Notes under the pieces: model-generated | What the model saw: only the letters and a program-made list of their open reading frames with translations | Told to the model about the DNA's origin: nothing | The model's database searches: none | Made by a program: the position numbers and the translations under genes | Assembly: GCA_034088785.1 (NCBI GenBank) | Contig: JAXDVS010000128.1 | Location: 49,709 to 113,708 of the forward strand | Length of the DNA: 64,000 nucleotides | Direction of reading: 5' to 3' | Source: Treponema sp. | GTDB taxonomy: Bacteria > Spirochaetota > Spirochaetia > Treponematales > Treponemataceae | In this document: one piece after another, positions 1 through 9,913 of the stretch | How positions within the stretch are numbered: the first letter of the stretch is position 1 | Layout: each line of letters starts with the position of its first letter

Positions 1-633
1 CTTCAAGGATTCAACGCGTATTATTTTCTTTCTGGGCTGAGCGAGTACAATTCAAGCTACGCGGTTGTCTCCTACGCTGATTCCTACGCGCTCGGGGCTT
101 GGCTTTCAAGGCAGTACGGAGGCGCGGCTTTAGTCCAGGCTATTATGCAGAACGACTCTGTTGACAACGACTCGATTGCGGCCGCAGTAAATTCACTAAA
201 CGAAACAGATTACGATTTTGATGACTTATTCGAGCAGTTTTTGCTTGCGGTAACAGGAAACGAGACCTATACGCTCAACAAAGACGCGGAAGAAAATTTG
301 TCATATGAAAACGGAGACGAAACCTACACTTACCCGATGACGGCGATTGACTTATGGAACGAGGACTACAGCATAACTTCGTCAGGACTAAGCGACTATT
401 CCTCAGTGCAAAGCACTCTTTCCGCGGCAAAATATTCCTCATATGACTGGCGCGGGCCTTACCTGTTCTCGAAAAGCTACAGCTACGCTCTCCGCCCGGA
501 CTACGGCTTTACGCTCCACGGAATCGAGGAGATTTCTTCCGATACAACAGAGTCATCAGATACAATCGAACGCACGTACACTTTCAGCGAAAGCGGAAGC
601 TCCAGCCTGACGATGTATTTAATTATCCAGTGA
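1..633 (+). CDS. 3' part of a secreted Ser/Tyr-rich protein, possibly peptidase M30 (hyicolysin)-like; starts before the window
   Basis: Frame +1 is open from base 1 (LQGFNAYYFLSGL...SYADSYALGAWLSRQYGGAALVQAIMQND...) to the stop at 631-633. The Y..SYA.GAWL.RQYGG segment recalls treponemal M30-like proteins, but no catalytic motif is visible in the window. Confidence 0.45.
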   Translation, partial: LQGFNAYYFLSGLSEYNSSYAVVSYADSYALGAWLSRQYGGAALVQAIMQNDSVDNDSIAAAVNSLNETDYDFDDLFEQFLLAVTGNETYTLNKDAEENLSYENGDETYTYPMTAIDLWNEDYSITSSGLSDYSSVQSTLSAAKYSSYDWRGPYLFSKSYSYALRPDYGFTLHGIEEISSDTTESSDTIERTYTFSESGSSSLTMYLIIQ

Positions 634-652
634 TTTTCAATAGAATCGGCTT

Positions 653-976
653 ATGAGAAAATATCTTTTTGGAATTATGATTTTGATTCTTGGACTTTGT
701 GCGTTTCCGTTCGGCGGGAAAGCCCCGGCGAGCATTGCGGGCCACATAAAATTCTACGGAAACGCGCCTTTTGAATATCCTGGAATCGAAACCGTTGACG
801 GCTATCTTTACGCGGTGCAGACTGAAAAAGATTCCGGCGTTTCGATTGAAGAAATAAAAGCCACGCAAGGCAAGATGATTGAGCTGACCGGCAGAGTCGA
901 GAAAAAAGAGAAGCTTTCCGTGTTTTCCCTCCGCGATGGCACTTTCATCGTGTCCGACTTCAGGATTCTTGAATAG
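653..976 (+). CDS. Small exported hypothetical protein
   Basis: 107-aa ORF with an N-terminal hydrophobic signal (MRKYLFGIMILILGLCAF), co-oriented with the upstream gene. Confidence 0.7.
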   Translation: MRKYLFGIMILILGLCAFPFGGKAPASIAGHIKFYGNAPFEYPGIETVDGYLYAVQTEKDSGVSIEEIKATQGKMIELTGRVEKKEKLSVFSLRDGTFIVSDFRILE

Positions 977-999
977 CCGTCGTTGCAGACAAAAAGCAC

Positions 1000-1082
1000 G
1001 TCGTTAAAAGCACCGTCATTGCGAGCATTTCCCTTTCCGTCATTGCGAGCCACGAACGAAGTCCGAGCGAAGCAATCCAAAA
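1000..1082. repeat. REP-like palindromic element, CGTCATTGCGAG...GAAGCAATC family
   Basis: Two CCGTCATTGCGAGC copies, the second closing with CGAAGCAATCC, lie between convergent genes. A related inverted copy is at about 12498-12537. Confidence 0.7.
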
Positions 1083-1124
1083 AACGCCCCGCCCCGCTGC
1101 TCACGAAACCAGCAACAACGGTTT

Positions 1125-1961
1125 TTATTTTTTCATCATCTCTGAAACTGACTTCAAATAATCGCGGCTTATGCTCTCGTGGTTTTTGAGCATGGCGTAA
1201 GGAACTCCGTACGCTTTCTCAATGTCCTCGCGCGTCAAGACTTCGTCCGGCGTTCCAAGCGACATATCGCGGTTCGGATAAAAAAGCAGAACCTGATCCG
1301 CATATTTTTTTGTAAGGTCAAGCTCATGCATCGAAATATAGATTGAAGTTCCAGTTTTATGGACAAAATCCTTCAGATAAGCGAGCGCGTTTTCCTTCTG
1401 ATATTCCTCCATCGCAAAAAGCGGCTCATCCATGAAAACGGTCGCGCTTCCGTACAAAATCGAGAACGCAAGGAGAACACGCTGAATCTCGCCCTTGCTG
1501 AGCTGCATAAGCCCGTGGCCAAGCACATTTTTCAGCTCGAAAACATCGACAACCTCGCTAAGAAGGTCAGAATCAGAATTTATTCCTTTCGCGTTTCCTT
1601 TCAGATTTCCGTTTGAATAAACCTGGCTCAAAAGCTCTGAAACCTTGTCCTCAGATTCAAATTCCATATTCTGGTAAATCACAGACGCAAGAAGATTTTT
1701 CTGCTCCTGGCCAAGAAGATAAGGATTCTGCCCAAGAAGATTCACGCTTCCAGAATCAGGCTTGAGGCGGCCGGCACAAAGCATTAGAAGAGTCGTTTTT
1801 CCGCAGCCGTTCTGCCCGACAAAACTGACAAATCCAGACGGAAGCTCCGCCGAAAAATGCTCAAAAACAGGCTTGCTCTCAACTGGCTTTCCGTTTTCGT
1901 CAACATCGCCCTCGACCGGCGGATAAGTAAAAGACACGTCATTAAGTTCAAGAAATTTCAT
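1125..1961 (-). CDS. ABC transporter ATP-binding protein (no adjacent permease)
   Basis: Walker A GQNGCGKTT, signature LSKGEIQR, Walker B FMDEP and H-loop SMHE are present. The ATG at 1961 (MKFLEL) is preferred over the 2033 start. Confidence 0.9.
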   Translation of the reverse strand: MKFLELNDVSFTYPPVEGDVDENGKPVESKPVFEHFSAELPSGFVSFVGQNGCGKTTLLMLCAGRLKPDSGSVNLLGQNPYLLGQEQKNLLASVIYQNMEFESEDKVSELLSQVYSNGNLKGNAKGINSDSDLLSEVVDVFELKNVLGHGLMQLSKGEIQRVLLAFSILYGSATVFMDEPLFAMEEYQKENALAYLKDFVHKTGTSIYISMHELDLTKKYADQVLLFYPNRDMSLGTPDEVLTREDIEKAYGVPYAMLKNHESISRDYLKSVSEMMKK

Positions 1962-2039
1962 AAAGATATGATAATAAAAATCCGGCAGTATTACGAGATG
2001 ATATTTTTTGCGGATTTTGAAAATGAAACGCATTTATTT

Positions 2040-2225
2040 TTGCAGATTCCGAATCGAGTTCGGAATGACGAGAATTTGTCATGCTGAATTTATTTCAGCA
2101 TCTGTATTTTTTTTATGGATTCCGAATCAAAGTTCGGAATGACACGTTTTTACTCGAAACAAGTTCGGAATGACGTGATTTTTTGCAGACTCCGAATCAA
2201 AGTTCGGAATGACGCGTTTTTGTTC
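2040..2225. repeat. Cluster of REP-like palindromes GTCAT(G/T)C(T/C)GAA-N6-8-TTC(A/G)G(C/A)ATC
   Basis: About 5 units in both orientations, e.g. GATTCCGAATCGAGTTCGGAATGAC and GTCATGCTGAATTTATTTCAGCATCT. Confidence 0.9.
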
Positions 2226-2437
2226 GAAACAAAGCAAAACTGCCTGCGAGCTTTTACGCGCTAGGGATAAGTGCATGCAAGCATGCTAACGGGCGCGGAG
2301 CGTTGTTTTTCGGCTTCGCTTTTCTTCCTTGCCATTCTTCTGCCGCAAAACAATGAAACCACGGATAGCCCGAAGCCGGAGCGCCCAGCTTATAATTACA
2401 ATTGAGAATATCGTGATTTTGCGGTATTCTAGTTGCT

Positions 2438-4693
2438 ATGTCTTATGAAGTAACCGCGACACGCCGGCGTCCTCAGGCTTTTGACGCTCTTGCCGGCCAG
2501 GAATTTGTTGCTGAAACCTTAAAAAATTCTATCCAGTCAAAAAAAATCGCCCACGCATATCTTTTTTCAGGACCGCGGGGCTGCGGAAAAACTTCAACCG
2601 CGCGAATTTTGGCGAAAGCCTTAAACTGCGCGAACGGACCGACTGCGACTCCGTGCGGAAAATGCCAGCAGTGCCTTGAAATCACAAAAGGCCAAAGCAC
2701 AGACGTAATCGAGATAGACGGCGCGTCGAACACTTCTGTAAACGACATCAGGCAGATAAAGGACGAGGTTCTCTTTCCGCCGCAAAGCTCAAGATACAAA
2801 ATCTACATAATCGATGAAGTCCATATGCTTTCGACTTCGGCTTTCAACGCGCTTCTAAAGACAATTGAAGAGCCGCCTGCCTACTGCATCTTTATTTTTG
2901 CGACAACGGAGCTTCACAAAGTTCCTGCAACGATAAAATCTCGCTGCCAGCAGTTCAACTTCCGCCTTGTTCCGATTGAGAAAATCAAAATGGAGCTTGC
3001 GGAAGCGGCAAAGGAAATCGGAATTCAAGCGGACGACGAGGCTTTGTACTGGGTTGCGAGAGAGTCAACAGGCTCAATGCGCGACGCCTACACGCTTTTT
3101 GACCAGGTTGCGGCATTTTCAGGCGACCACATCACCTATGAAAAAATTAAGGACAAGCTCGGAATAGTCGGAATTGAGAGCCTCAACGCGATTTTCGAGG
3201 CGGCAGCAAAAAACGAAAGCGAGAATGTTATATTAAAGATTGACGAATTTTTGCAGAACGGAATTTCTATCGAGCAGTTCGTCACAAACTGCACGGAATA
3301 TCTCCGCTCAGTTCTTCTGATAAAGGCAGGAATCACGAAGGAGTCGCTTTTGGGACATCCAAAAGAAAGATTCTCCGAAACCGTGCTAAACTCGTGGAAT
3401 TCGATTCAAACAGAGCGCGCGCTTTCAATTCTTCTCCAGCTTTTCCGCGACATCAGATACTCGCTTTCGCCGAGATACGAGCTGGAGCTTGCATTCTCAA
3501 AAATCAGCTGGCTTACGCAGTACGTTTCGCCGTCGGAAGTAAAAAAAGCGATTGACGAGGCAAAAAATCTTCTTTTGAGCGCGAATGTGGCGCAGCCTGC
3601 GAATGCAGGATTTGCTAATCCCTATGCCGCGCAAGCAAATTTAGGATTCGCAAACGCTGGCGCAACTTTTGCGGCGGCAAGGCAGAATTTAAATCAGCAA
3701 AACCAATTCTCAAAACCGGCGCAAGGCGGAGCTTTCTCTTCAAACATTTTCGCGCAAAATCAGAACAAAAATCCGTTCGCAGGAAAAACTGCTTTCCAGC
3801 AGAGCGCGCAATCAGTTTCACAGCCGGCTTTCCAGCAAAATGAGAAAGCGTCGGATTTTTCTGAGACGCACTCGGCAAATACAACGCAGTTTGCAAATCC
3901 TTATGCCGCGCAAGCAAACACAGGAAGAACAGTTTCCGCGCCAAGAAATATTTTCGCAAAGCCGCAGGAACAGTCTCAGCCAGAAACTTTCAATAATCAG
4001 AACTATCAGACGCAAAATCCAGCGGCGAATGCGAACGCATATTCTCCGCAGACAAATTTCACAGCGAACGCAAACGGAGGCGCTGGCGCGCAGACAGGCA
4101 ATTTCGTCTCCGCGCAGGAGCTTACAACCGAGGATTTCGCGCCTCCAGACCCGACGCCAAGCTCAGCCCCATCTTTTAGCGATGGCGGAGCTGAACCGCC
4201 TGAACAAACGGCAAACGCAGGCGAAATAAATTCACATCAGAATCAAAATCCTTCATCTGAATCGGATTTCAGGGGGAAAATTCTCAAAGAGCTTTCAATG
4301 CACGAGCCGATGCTCGCAAGCTCGCTTTTTCAGACCGGCGAATGGACAAAAAACGGAAACATCGTGTCCACCACAGTCCAGTCGTCATTTCTGAAGCTCC
4401 AGCTGGACTCGAATCTAAAGAAAATTTCAGGATTTCTCTCAAAATATTTCGGCGAGGAAATCGCTTTTCAGGTGAATCTTAAACAGCAGCAGCGCGCGGC
4501 CACAACGGAAAACGCGCCTGCGGAGATAAAAATGCTCTGCGAAATGTTCCGCGGGCAAATCGTGGGACACACGAAAAAAACTGAGCAGGAAATCGAGCAG
4601 GCAAAGCAGGAAGAAAAAAATCAGGGCGGAAGCGTCCCTTCTTCTGACGACGAATCTGACATTTCAGGCGGCGAAGAAACCAGCGACGACTAA
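2438..4693 (+). CDS. dnaX: DNA polymerase III subunit gamma/tau
   Basis: Motifs HAYLFSGPRGCGKTSTARILAKALNC, Zn motif CGKCQQC, DVIEIDGASN, IIDEVHMLS and SRCQQF. It has a long low-complexity linker and precedes ybaB-recR. Confidence 0.97.
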   Translation: MSYEVTATRRRPQAFDALAGQEFVAETLKNSIQSKKIAHAYLFSGPRGCGKTSTARILAKALNCANGPTATPCGKCQQCLEITKGQSTDVIEIDGASNTSVNDIRQIKDEVLFPPQSSRYKIYIIDEVHMLSTSAFNALLKTIEEPPAYCIFIFATTELHKVPATIKSRCQQFNFRLVPIEKIKMELAEAAKEIGIQADDEALYWVARESTGSMRDAYTLFDQVAAFSGDHITYEKIKDKLGIVGIESLNAIFEAAAKNESENVILKIDEFLQNGISIEQFVTNCTEYLRSVLLIKAGITKESLLGHPKERFSETVLNSWNSIQTERALSILLQLFRDIRYSLSPRYELELAFSKISWLTQYVSPSEVKKAIDEAKNLLLSANVAQPANAGFANPYAAQANLGFANAGATFAAARQNLNQQNQFSKPAQGGAFSSNIFAQNQNKNPFAGKTAFQQSAQSVSQPAFQQNEKASDFSETHSANTTQFANPYAAQANTGRTVSAPRNIFAKPQEQSQPETFNNQNYQTQNPAANANAYSPQTNFTANANGGAGAQTGNFVSAQELTTEDFAPPDPTPSSAPSFSDGGAEPPEQTANAGEINSHQNQNPSSESDFRGKILKELSMHEPMLASSLFQTGEWTKNGNIVSTTVQSSFLKLQLDSNLKKISGFLSKYFGEEIAFQVNLKQQQRAATTENAPAEIKMLCEMFRGQIVGHTKKTEQEIEQAKQEEKNQGGSVPSSDDESDISGGEETSDD

Positions 4694-4735
4694 AATCTCT
4701 TAAAATAAAACCGGATAAAATTTTTGGAGGAAAAA

Positions 4736-5044
4736 ATGGTTAATCCTTTTGACTTGGTAAAAAATCTCAAAAATCTTGAAGGAACAATGAACACGATGAA
4801 GGAGGAGCTTGCAAATATTTCGGAGACAGGCTCGGCAGGCGGAAACATTGTTCAGGTGACGCTCAACGGAAAATTCGAGCTTACAGACATAAAACTCGAC
4901 CCGATTGCGGTTGACCCGCGCGACATTCAGATGCTCCAGGACTTGATAAAAGCCGCGCACCACGACGCGATGGACAAAATTCAGGAAGCGATAAAGGAAA
5001 AGTCGGGCGCGCTTCTTGGCGGAATGAACATTCCGGGAATGTGA
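4736..5044 (+). CDS. ybaB: YbaB/EbfC nucleoid-associated protein
   Basis: Sequence GSAGGNIVQVTLNGKFEL...DLIKAAHHDA, conserved dnaX-ybaB-recR synteny, and RBS GGAGG before the ATG at 4736. Confidence 0.95.
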   Translation: MVNPFDLVKNLKNLEGTMNTMKEELANISETGSAGGNIVQVTLNGKFELTDIKLDPIAVDPRDIQMLQDLIKAAHHDAMDKIQEAIKEKSGALLGGMNIPGM

Positions 5045-5050
5045 TTTTTT

Positions 5051-5641
5051 ATGAACGCGATTGACGAACTCACAGACTCTTTCTCACGCCTGCCCGGAAT
5101 CGGAAAAAAATCCGCAGGAAGGCTTGTGAACTACATTTTAAAAGCCGACTCGACTTGGGTAAAGCGGTTCGCAGACGAAATTTCAGGACTGCAGGAAAAA
5201 ATCAGGCCGTGCTCAATCTGCGGAAGCTGGACTGAAAGCAATCCCTGCCCAATCTGCTCGAATCCGCTCCGCGACCAGAGCCTTATCTGCGTTGTGGAGC
5301 AGCCGCAAGATGTAAGCACAATCGAAAGTTCGCATGAATACAACGGGCTTTTCCATGTTCTAGGCGGAGTGATTGCGCCGCTCGAGGGAATCGGACCTGA
5401 CCAGCTCAGAATCGCAGAGCTTTTAGAGCGCGTAAAGTCAGGCAAAGTAAAGGAAGTGATTCTCGCGACAAATCCGACCGTGGAAGGCGACACAACCGCG
5501 CTTTATATCCAGCGTCTTTTGTCTGAAAACAAGGAAATAGCGGTAACGCGCCTTGCGTCCGGCTTGCCAGTAGGAGGCGACCTTGAATACGCTGACCGGC
5601 TCACGCTCGCCCGCTCTTTCCGCGGAAGAAGCAAATTCTAG
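5051..5641 (+). CDS. recR: Recombination mediator RecR
   Basis: Motifs LPGIGKKSA, C4 Zn finger CSIC...CPIC, Toprim EVILATNPTVEGD and TRLASGLPVGGDLEYAD. Confidence 0.97.
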   Translation: MNAIDELTDSFSRLPGIGKKSAGRLVNYILKADSTWVKRFADEISGLQEKIRPCSICGSWTESNPCPICSNPLRDQSLICVVEQPQDVSTIESSHEYNGLFHVLGGVIAPLEGIGPDQLRIAELLERVKSGKVKEVILATNPTVEGDTTALYIQRLLSENKEIAVTRLASGLPVGGDLEYADRLTLARSFRGRSKF

Positions 5642-6060
5642 CGTTTTGCAAAGCAGCCGGTGCAGCCCACAATCAGAACGTGCTTCTTTCCGTTTGAAGT
5701 CTTGTTGAAAAGACGCGCCACAAGCTCGCCGTCAACAGGAACTTCCTTTTTGCATACAGGACAGATTCTTTTTGCGCCGTTCTCAACTTTCGGATAACAA
5801 TGAGGGCAGCCGTGAATCGTCATTCTCTGGTCTGACGTTGTCATCGGGCGGTAAACACGCGAAAACATATTCTCGCCTTTTGAAAGCGGCGTGCTGCAAA
5901 GCGGACAGCGCACAAAATCGATTTTTCCGTCCTCGGTCTTCTGAGTCCTAAAATGTCCATCGACTTCTTTTCCAGTATTCTTCAAGAATTTCAGCTTTGA
6001 GAAAATCGCCAAAGCCGCAACAATCACAACAGCGGCAACAAAAATCAAAAAATATTCCAT
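5638..6060 (-). CDS. Membrane-anchored hypothetical protein with four CxxC motifs
   Basis: N-terminal TM helix followed by CPLC, CPHC, CPVC and CTGC, which suggest Zn binding. Confidence 0.8.
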   Translation of the reverse strand: MEYFLIFVAAVVIVAALAIFSKLKFLKNTGKEVDGHFRTQKTEDGKIDFVRCPLCSTPLSKGENMFSRVYRPMTTSDQRMTIHGCPHCYPKVENGAKRICPVCKKEVPVDGELVARLFNKTSNGKKHVLIVGCTGCFAKR

Positions 6061-6184
6061 AAAATTACTATATCATAAAATTCAGACGAAAATAAAAAAT
6101 CTTAAACCGAAATGATTGAAATGCGAAACTGACATTTCTTGTCTATGAAATTGAAAAATCAGCGTCATTTCACGTCTAAAAACT

Positions 6185-6350
6185 GTCATGCCGAATTTAT
6201 TTCAGCATCTCTTTTACAGATTCCGAAATAAATTCGGAATGACTGGCTTTCGTTCAGAATGAAACTGTCATGCTGAACTCGCGGTTTCAACCGCGTATTT
6301 AGATTCAGCATCTTTTTTTATAGATTCCGAAATCGAGTTCGGAATGACAA
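6185..6350. repeat. REP-like palindrome cluster
   Basis: Four GTCAT...ATCT family units; one carries a nested hairpin (CGCGGTTTCAACCGCG) in its loop. Confidence 0.85.
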
Positions 6351-6412
6351 CAAAATTTCGAGGCAAAACGCTTTCATCAAAAATAAAAATTTCACTTTAA
6401 TTTTAAATAAAT

Positions 6413-6440
6413 TTGTAGATTTCGTAATATATGATATAAT
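6413..6440 (+). promoter_or_regulatory. Putative sigma70 promoter of the GGDEF gene
   Basis: TTGTAG-16 nt-TATAAT with an extended TGA-TATAAT, about 55 nt before the CDS. Confidence 0.45.
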
Positions 6441-6494
6441 ACTTTGTGGCCGCCCAAAATGTGTTAAAAACACTATACAAACGGGGGGGGTATT

Positions 6495-8240
6495 TTGGAA
6501 ACGCCTATCAATCAGAGAAGACTCAGCGACATTTCTTTTTCAATCGACAAAAATCTTAACGTCAAAAGCGGAAACAGAAGTTTTCTTGTGCTTTTGCGCC
6601 GGACAGATTTCGCGGAAGTCAATCTATCATCAATTCTTTCAGAGACAGACGCAAAAAACCTGAAATTCTTTCTTGAGACTTTTTCAAAAGACCAGGACAA
6701 AGCAAACGAGACCGCAAATTTCATCGCGAAAATAAAGCCGGGCGACTTTGTCGTAAGCTGCATTTTCACAATCACAAAGAAAGAGAATGAAATTTTCGAT
6801 GTTACAGTCGAGGAGCTTTCCTATTCGCGCCATCTCCTTGAAAAAGCTTTGCTCGAAAGCCGGGAATATTCGGCTCTTCTCCAGAATTTTGACGCTTACT
6901 ATTTTCTTTACGACGGCGAAAGATTCATAATCAAGAACACAAAGGATTTTAACTCGCTTTTCAACGGCAATGTCGAGGATTTCAGGAAGTTTTTCAGCAA
7001 CTCATTCAAGCTGAACACAGAATCTCTTGAATCCGAAGCGCAGATGAAGGCGATGCTCGACAATATCCAGAATTTCGAGACAGGAAAATACTACAATTTC
7101 TTCCGCACCGACAAAAAAATGCTCACAGTCCACACGCTAAAGACAAGCACACGGAAAAAGTCGATTATCGTAGGAAGCATAAATTTCGAGCAGCAGTCGC
7201 TTCCGTCGGCGAACCTTTACGCTCAGGAACACGACGGACTCACAGGTCTTTACAACAAAAAGGCGATTACAGAGCTTGCAATCAAAAAAATCAACGAAAT
7301 CAAAGAGCCTTGCTCAATGATTATCATCGATGTTGACAAATTCAAGGAGTGCAACGACACTTACGGCCACATTTTCGGAGACAGAGTTCTCGTGGCGGTG
7401 GCAGGCTGCATAAACGACGCGATTGCAGGAAACGGAATCGCAGGAAGAATCGGCGGAGACGAATTTCTCGTGATTCTCGACAAGACAGACGAGGCTGACA
7501 TCAGGAACATAACGAGAAATATCCGGGCGGGAATCCAATGGAACATAACTTCGATTGACGCAGGAAGCGTTGTGACTTGCTCAATGGGAATCGCACGCTT
7601 TCCGCTGAACAAGCAGAACTACGAAAGCCTTTTCAAGCTCGCGGACAAATGCCTTTACATCGCGAAAAACCACGGACGAAACTGCTACATAATCTACAAG
7701 CCGGAGCTTCACGACAAAGTCATAATGGAAAGCAAAAACAACGAGAACAAAATCTCAAACGGCGAATTTTTCCATGACGCGGCGGAAATGGAATTCCAGA
7801 TTCTAAAGTGCTTCTCAAACAAGCTTTGCAAAATTCATGAAATTCTTTCCAAAATCGTGAAATATATGAGAATCAGCAAAATCTCCGTGTATAACGCAAA
7901 TTTAAAGCCGCTCTACATCGTGGGAACAGACTCAGAAAATTTCCGCGAGGATTTTTTGAAAAACAGCGACTATTTTTCAATCTTCAACGAATTCGGCTAT
8001 CTTCATATGGACAACACGAACATTTTGGACTCTGTTGACCAGAAAAGATACAAGCTCTACAACGACAGAAACATCTGCTCGACAATCGAGGTTCTCTGCA
8101 AAAATCCTAAGGGAAAAATCTCCGCGCTTATCTGCTTTGACATCTACAAGCCGGCGCAGACTTTCCCAAAAGAAAAAATAACGTTCGCGCTTCTCGTCGC
8201 AAAACTGATTGAGCAAAAAATAAAGCAGAAAATCATCTAG
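6495..8240 (+). CDS. Diguanylate cyclase (GGDEF domain) with N- and C-terminal accessory domains
   Basis: Motifs DGLTGLYNK, IIDVDKFKECNDTYGHIFGD and intact GRIGGDEF. There is no RxxD inhibitory site. Confidence 0.92.
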   Translation: METPINQRRLSDISFSIDKNLNVKSGNRSFLVLLRRTDFAEVNLSSILSETDAKNLKFFLETFSKDQDKANETANFIAKIKPGDFVVSCIFTITKKENEIFDVTVEELSYSRHLLEKALLESREYSALLQNFDAYYFLYDGERFIIKNTKDFNSLFNGNVEDFRKFFSNSFKLNTESLESEAQMKAMLDNIQNFETGKYYNFFRTDKKMLTVHTLKTSTRKKSIIVGSINFEQQSLPSANLYAQEHDGLTGLYNKKAITELAIKKINEIKEPCSMIIIDVDKFKECNDTYGHIFGDRVLVAVAGCINDAIAGNGIAGRIGGDEFLVILDKTDEADIRNITRNIRAGIQWNITSIDAGSVVTCSMGIARFPLNKQNYESLFKLADKCLYIAKNHGRNCYIIYKPELHDKVIMESKNNENKISNGEFFHDAAEMEFQILKCFSNKLCKIHEILSKIVKYMRISKISVYNANLKPLYIVGTDSENFREDFLKNSDYFSIFNEFGYLHMDNTNILDSVDQKRYKLYNDRNICSTIEVLCKNPKGKISALICFDIYKPAQTFPKEKITFALLVAKLIEQKIKQKII

Positions 8241-8310
8241 CTTTTGTGCGCGATTCCGCAAAATCTTCTATATATAAGTGCAATCGCTGACACGCAAAGC
8301 AAGAATCCTG

Positions 8311-8478
8311 CTGTCATGCTGAATTTATTTCAGCAACTCTTTTATAGATTCCGAAACAAGTTCGGAATGACTTGCATTCATTAAAAATAAAGCTGTCATG
8401 CTGAAAATTTATTTCAGCATCTTTTGAATACAGATTCCGAATCAAAGCGAACACTAAAGTGTTCGAGTTCGGAATGAC
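8311..8478. repeat. REP-like palindrome cluster
   Basis: Four units as two head-to-head pairs; the last carries a nested hairpin (CGAACACTAAAGTGTTCG). Confidence 0.85.
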
Positions 8479-8553
8479 TTGCTTATTTTACACTCCTTGC
8501 AGACAAACGATTTTCATATAAAATATAAATCATTCTATTATTGAGGTTAGAAA

Positions 8554-9894
8554 ATGAAAATTCTTGTAGTTGGAAGCGGCGGACGCGAGCACACAATCAG
8601 CTGGAAACTTGCGCAAAGCGAAAAAGTCGAGCAGGTTATCTGCGTTCCTGGAAACGGCGGAACTGAATTTGAAGCGAAATGCAAAAATATCAATCCAAAA
8701 GACATTCCAGAGATGGAGAATCTTTCGCTCAACGAGGCGGCGGCAAAAATCGCAAAGGACGAGAAAGTTGACTTTGCTGTAATCGGCCCGGAAGACCCGC
8801 TCGCAGAAGGAATCGCGGACAAGCTATGGGAAGAGGGAATTCCGACTGTAGGTCCAAAGTCAAAAGGAGCGGCTCTCGAGGCTTCAAAGGACTTGTCTAA
8901 AGTCTTTATGAAAAAGCACGGCGTTGCATGCGCCGGCTCAGAAACTTTCACAGACAAAGAAAAAGCGGTTGAATACATAAAGTCAAAGGGCGCGCCAATC
9001 GTTGTGAAGGCTGACGGACTCGCGGCAGGAAAAGGCGTTGTCGTGGCGAAAACGGTCGATGAAGCTATTCAGGCGGCAGAAGACATGATGGGCGGCGAAT
9101 TCGGAGACGCTGGAAAAAAACTCGTAATCGAGGAATATCTTCAGGGCGTTGAAATTTCTGTCCTTGCGGCGGTGAGCGTCACAGAAGAATCCGCGAAAAA
9201 CGGAAAAGCCTGCATAAAAGCGTTCCTTCCGGCGCGCGACCACAAGCGGCTTCAGGACGGAGCGAAAGGCCCGAACACAGGCGGAATGGGAGCTGTCTGC
9301 CCTCCTCAGGACGTTACAGACGAGACAATGAAAGCGTTCGAGGAAAAAATCCTGAATCCGACGCTCAAAGGTCTTATTGAAGAAAAAATCGACTACCGCG
9401 GATTCATCTTCTTCGGGCTTATGCTCACGAAAAACGGTCCGAAAGCCCTTGAATACAACGTGCGGCTCGGAGACCCTGAAACTCAGGCTGTTCTTCCGAT
9501 GATGGATTTTGACTTTGTGGAGCTTTGCCAGGCGATTATGGACGGAAGCCTTAAAGATTTCGAGATGAAATGGAAAAAAGGATTTCAGGTTGCCCCGGTC
9601 GCAGTAAGCGGCGGCTATCCTCACAAATATCAAAAAGGCAAGCTTATCTCTTTCGACAACGAAAAAATCAATGCGGCTGGAGCAAAAGTCTTTATCGCAG
9701 GCGCAATAAAGGACAGACGCGCAAAAACTCCTTCGCTTATCACAAGCGGCGGCCGCGTTCTTGCCTGCTCCGCGCACGGCGAAACTTTCGATGACGCATG
9801 GAAGGCTGCCTACTCTGCTCTTGAAGGAATAAAATTCGACGGAATGTTCTACAGAAAAGACATCGGACTTCCGGGCGCTGCAGAAAGCAACTAA
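8554..9894 (+). CDS. purD: Phosphoribosylamine--glycine ligase
   Basis: Motifs MKILVVGSGGREH, PGNGG, VVKADGLAAGKGV, GPNTGGMGA, EYNVRLGDPETQ and TSGGRVL. Confidence 0.97.
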   Translation: MKILVVGSGGREHTISWKLAQSEKVEQVICVPGNGGTEFEAKCKNINPKDIPEMENLSLNEAAAKIAKDEKVDFAVIGPEDPLAEGIADKLWEEGIPTVGPKSKGAALEASKDLSKVFMKKHGVACAGSETFTDKEKAVEYIKSKGAPIVVKADGLAAGKGVVVAKTVDEAIQAAEDMMGGEFGDAGKKLVIEEYLQGVEISVLAAVSVTEESAKNGKACIKAFLPARDHKRLQDGAKGPNTGGMGAVCPPQDVTDETMKAFEEKILNPTLKGLIEEKIDYRGFIFFGLMLTKNGPKALEYNVRLGDPETQAVLPMMDFDFVELCQAIMDGSLKDFEMKWKKGFQVAPVAVSGGYPHKYQKGKLISFDNEKINAAGAKVFIAGAIKDRRAKTPSLITSGGRVLACSAHGETFDDAWKAAYSALEGIKFDGMFYRKDIGLPGAAESN

Positions 9895-9913
9895 AAAAGC
9901 AAAACTGCAGTTA

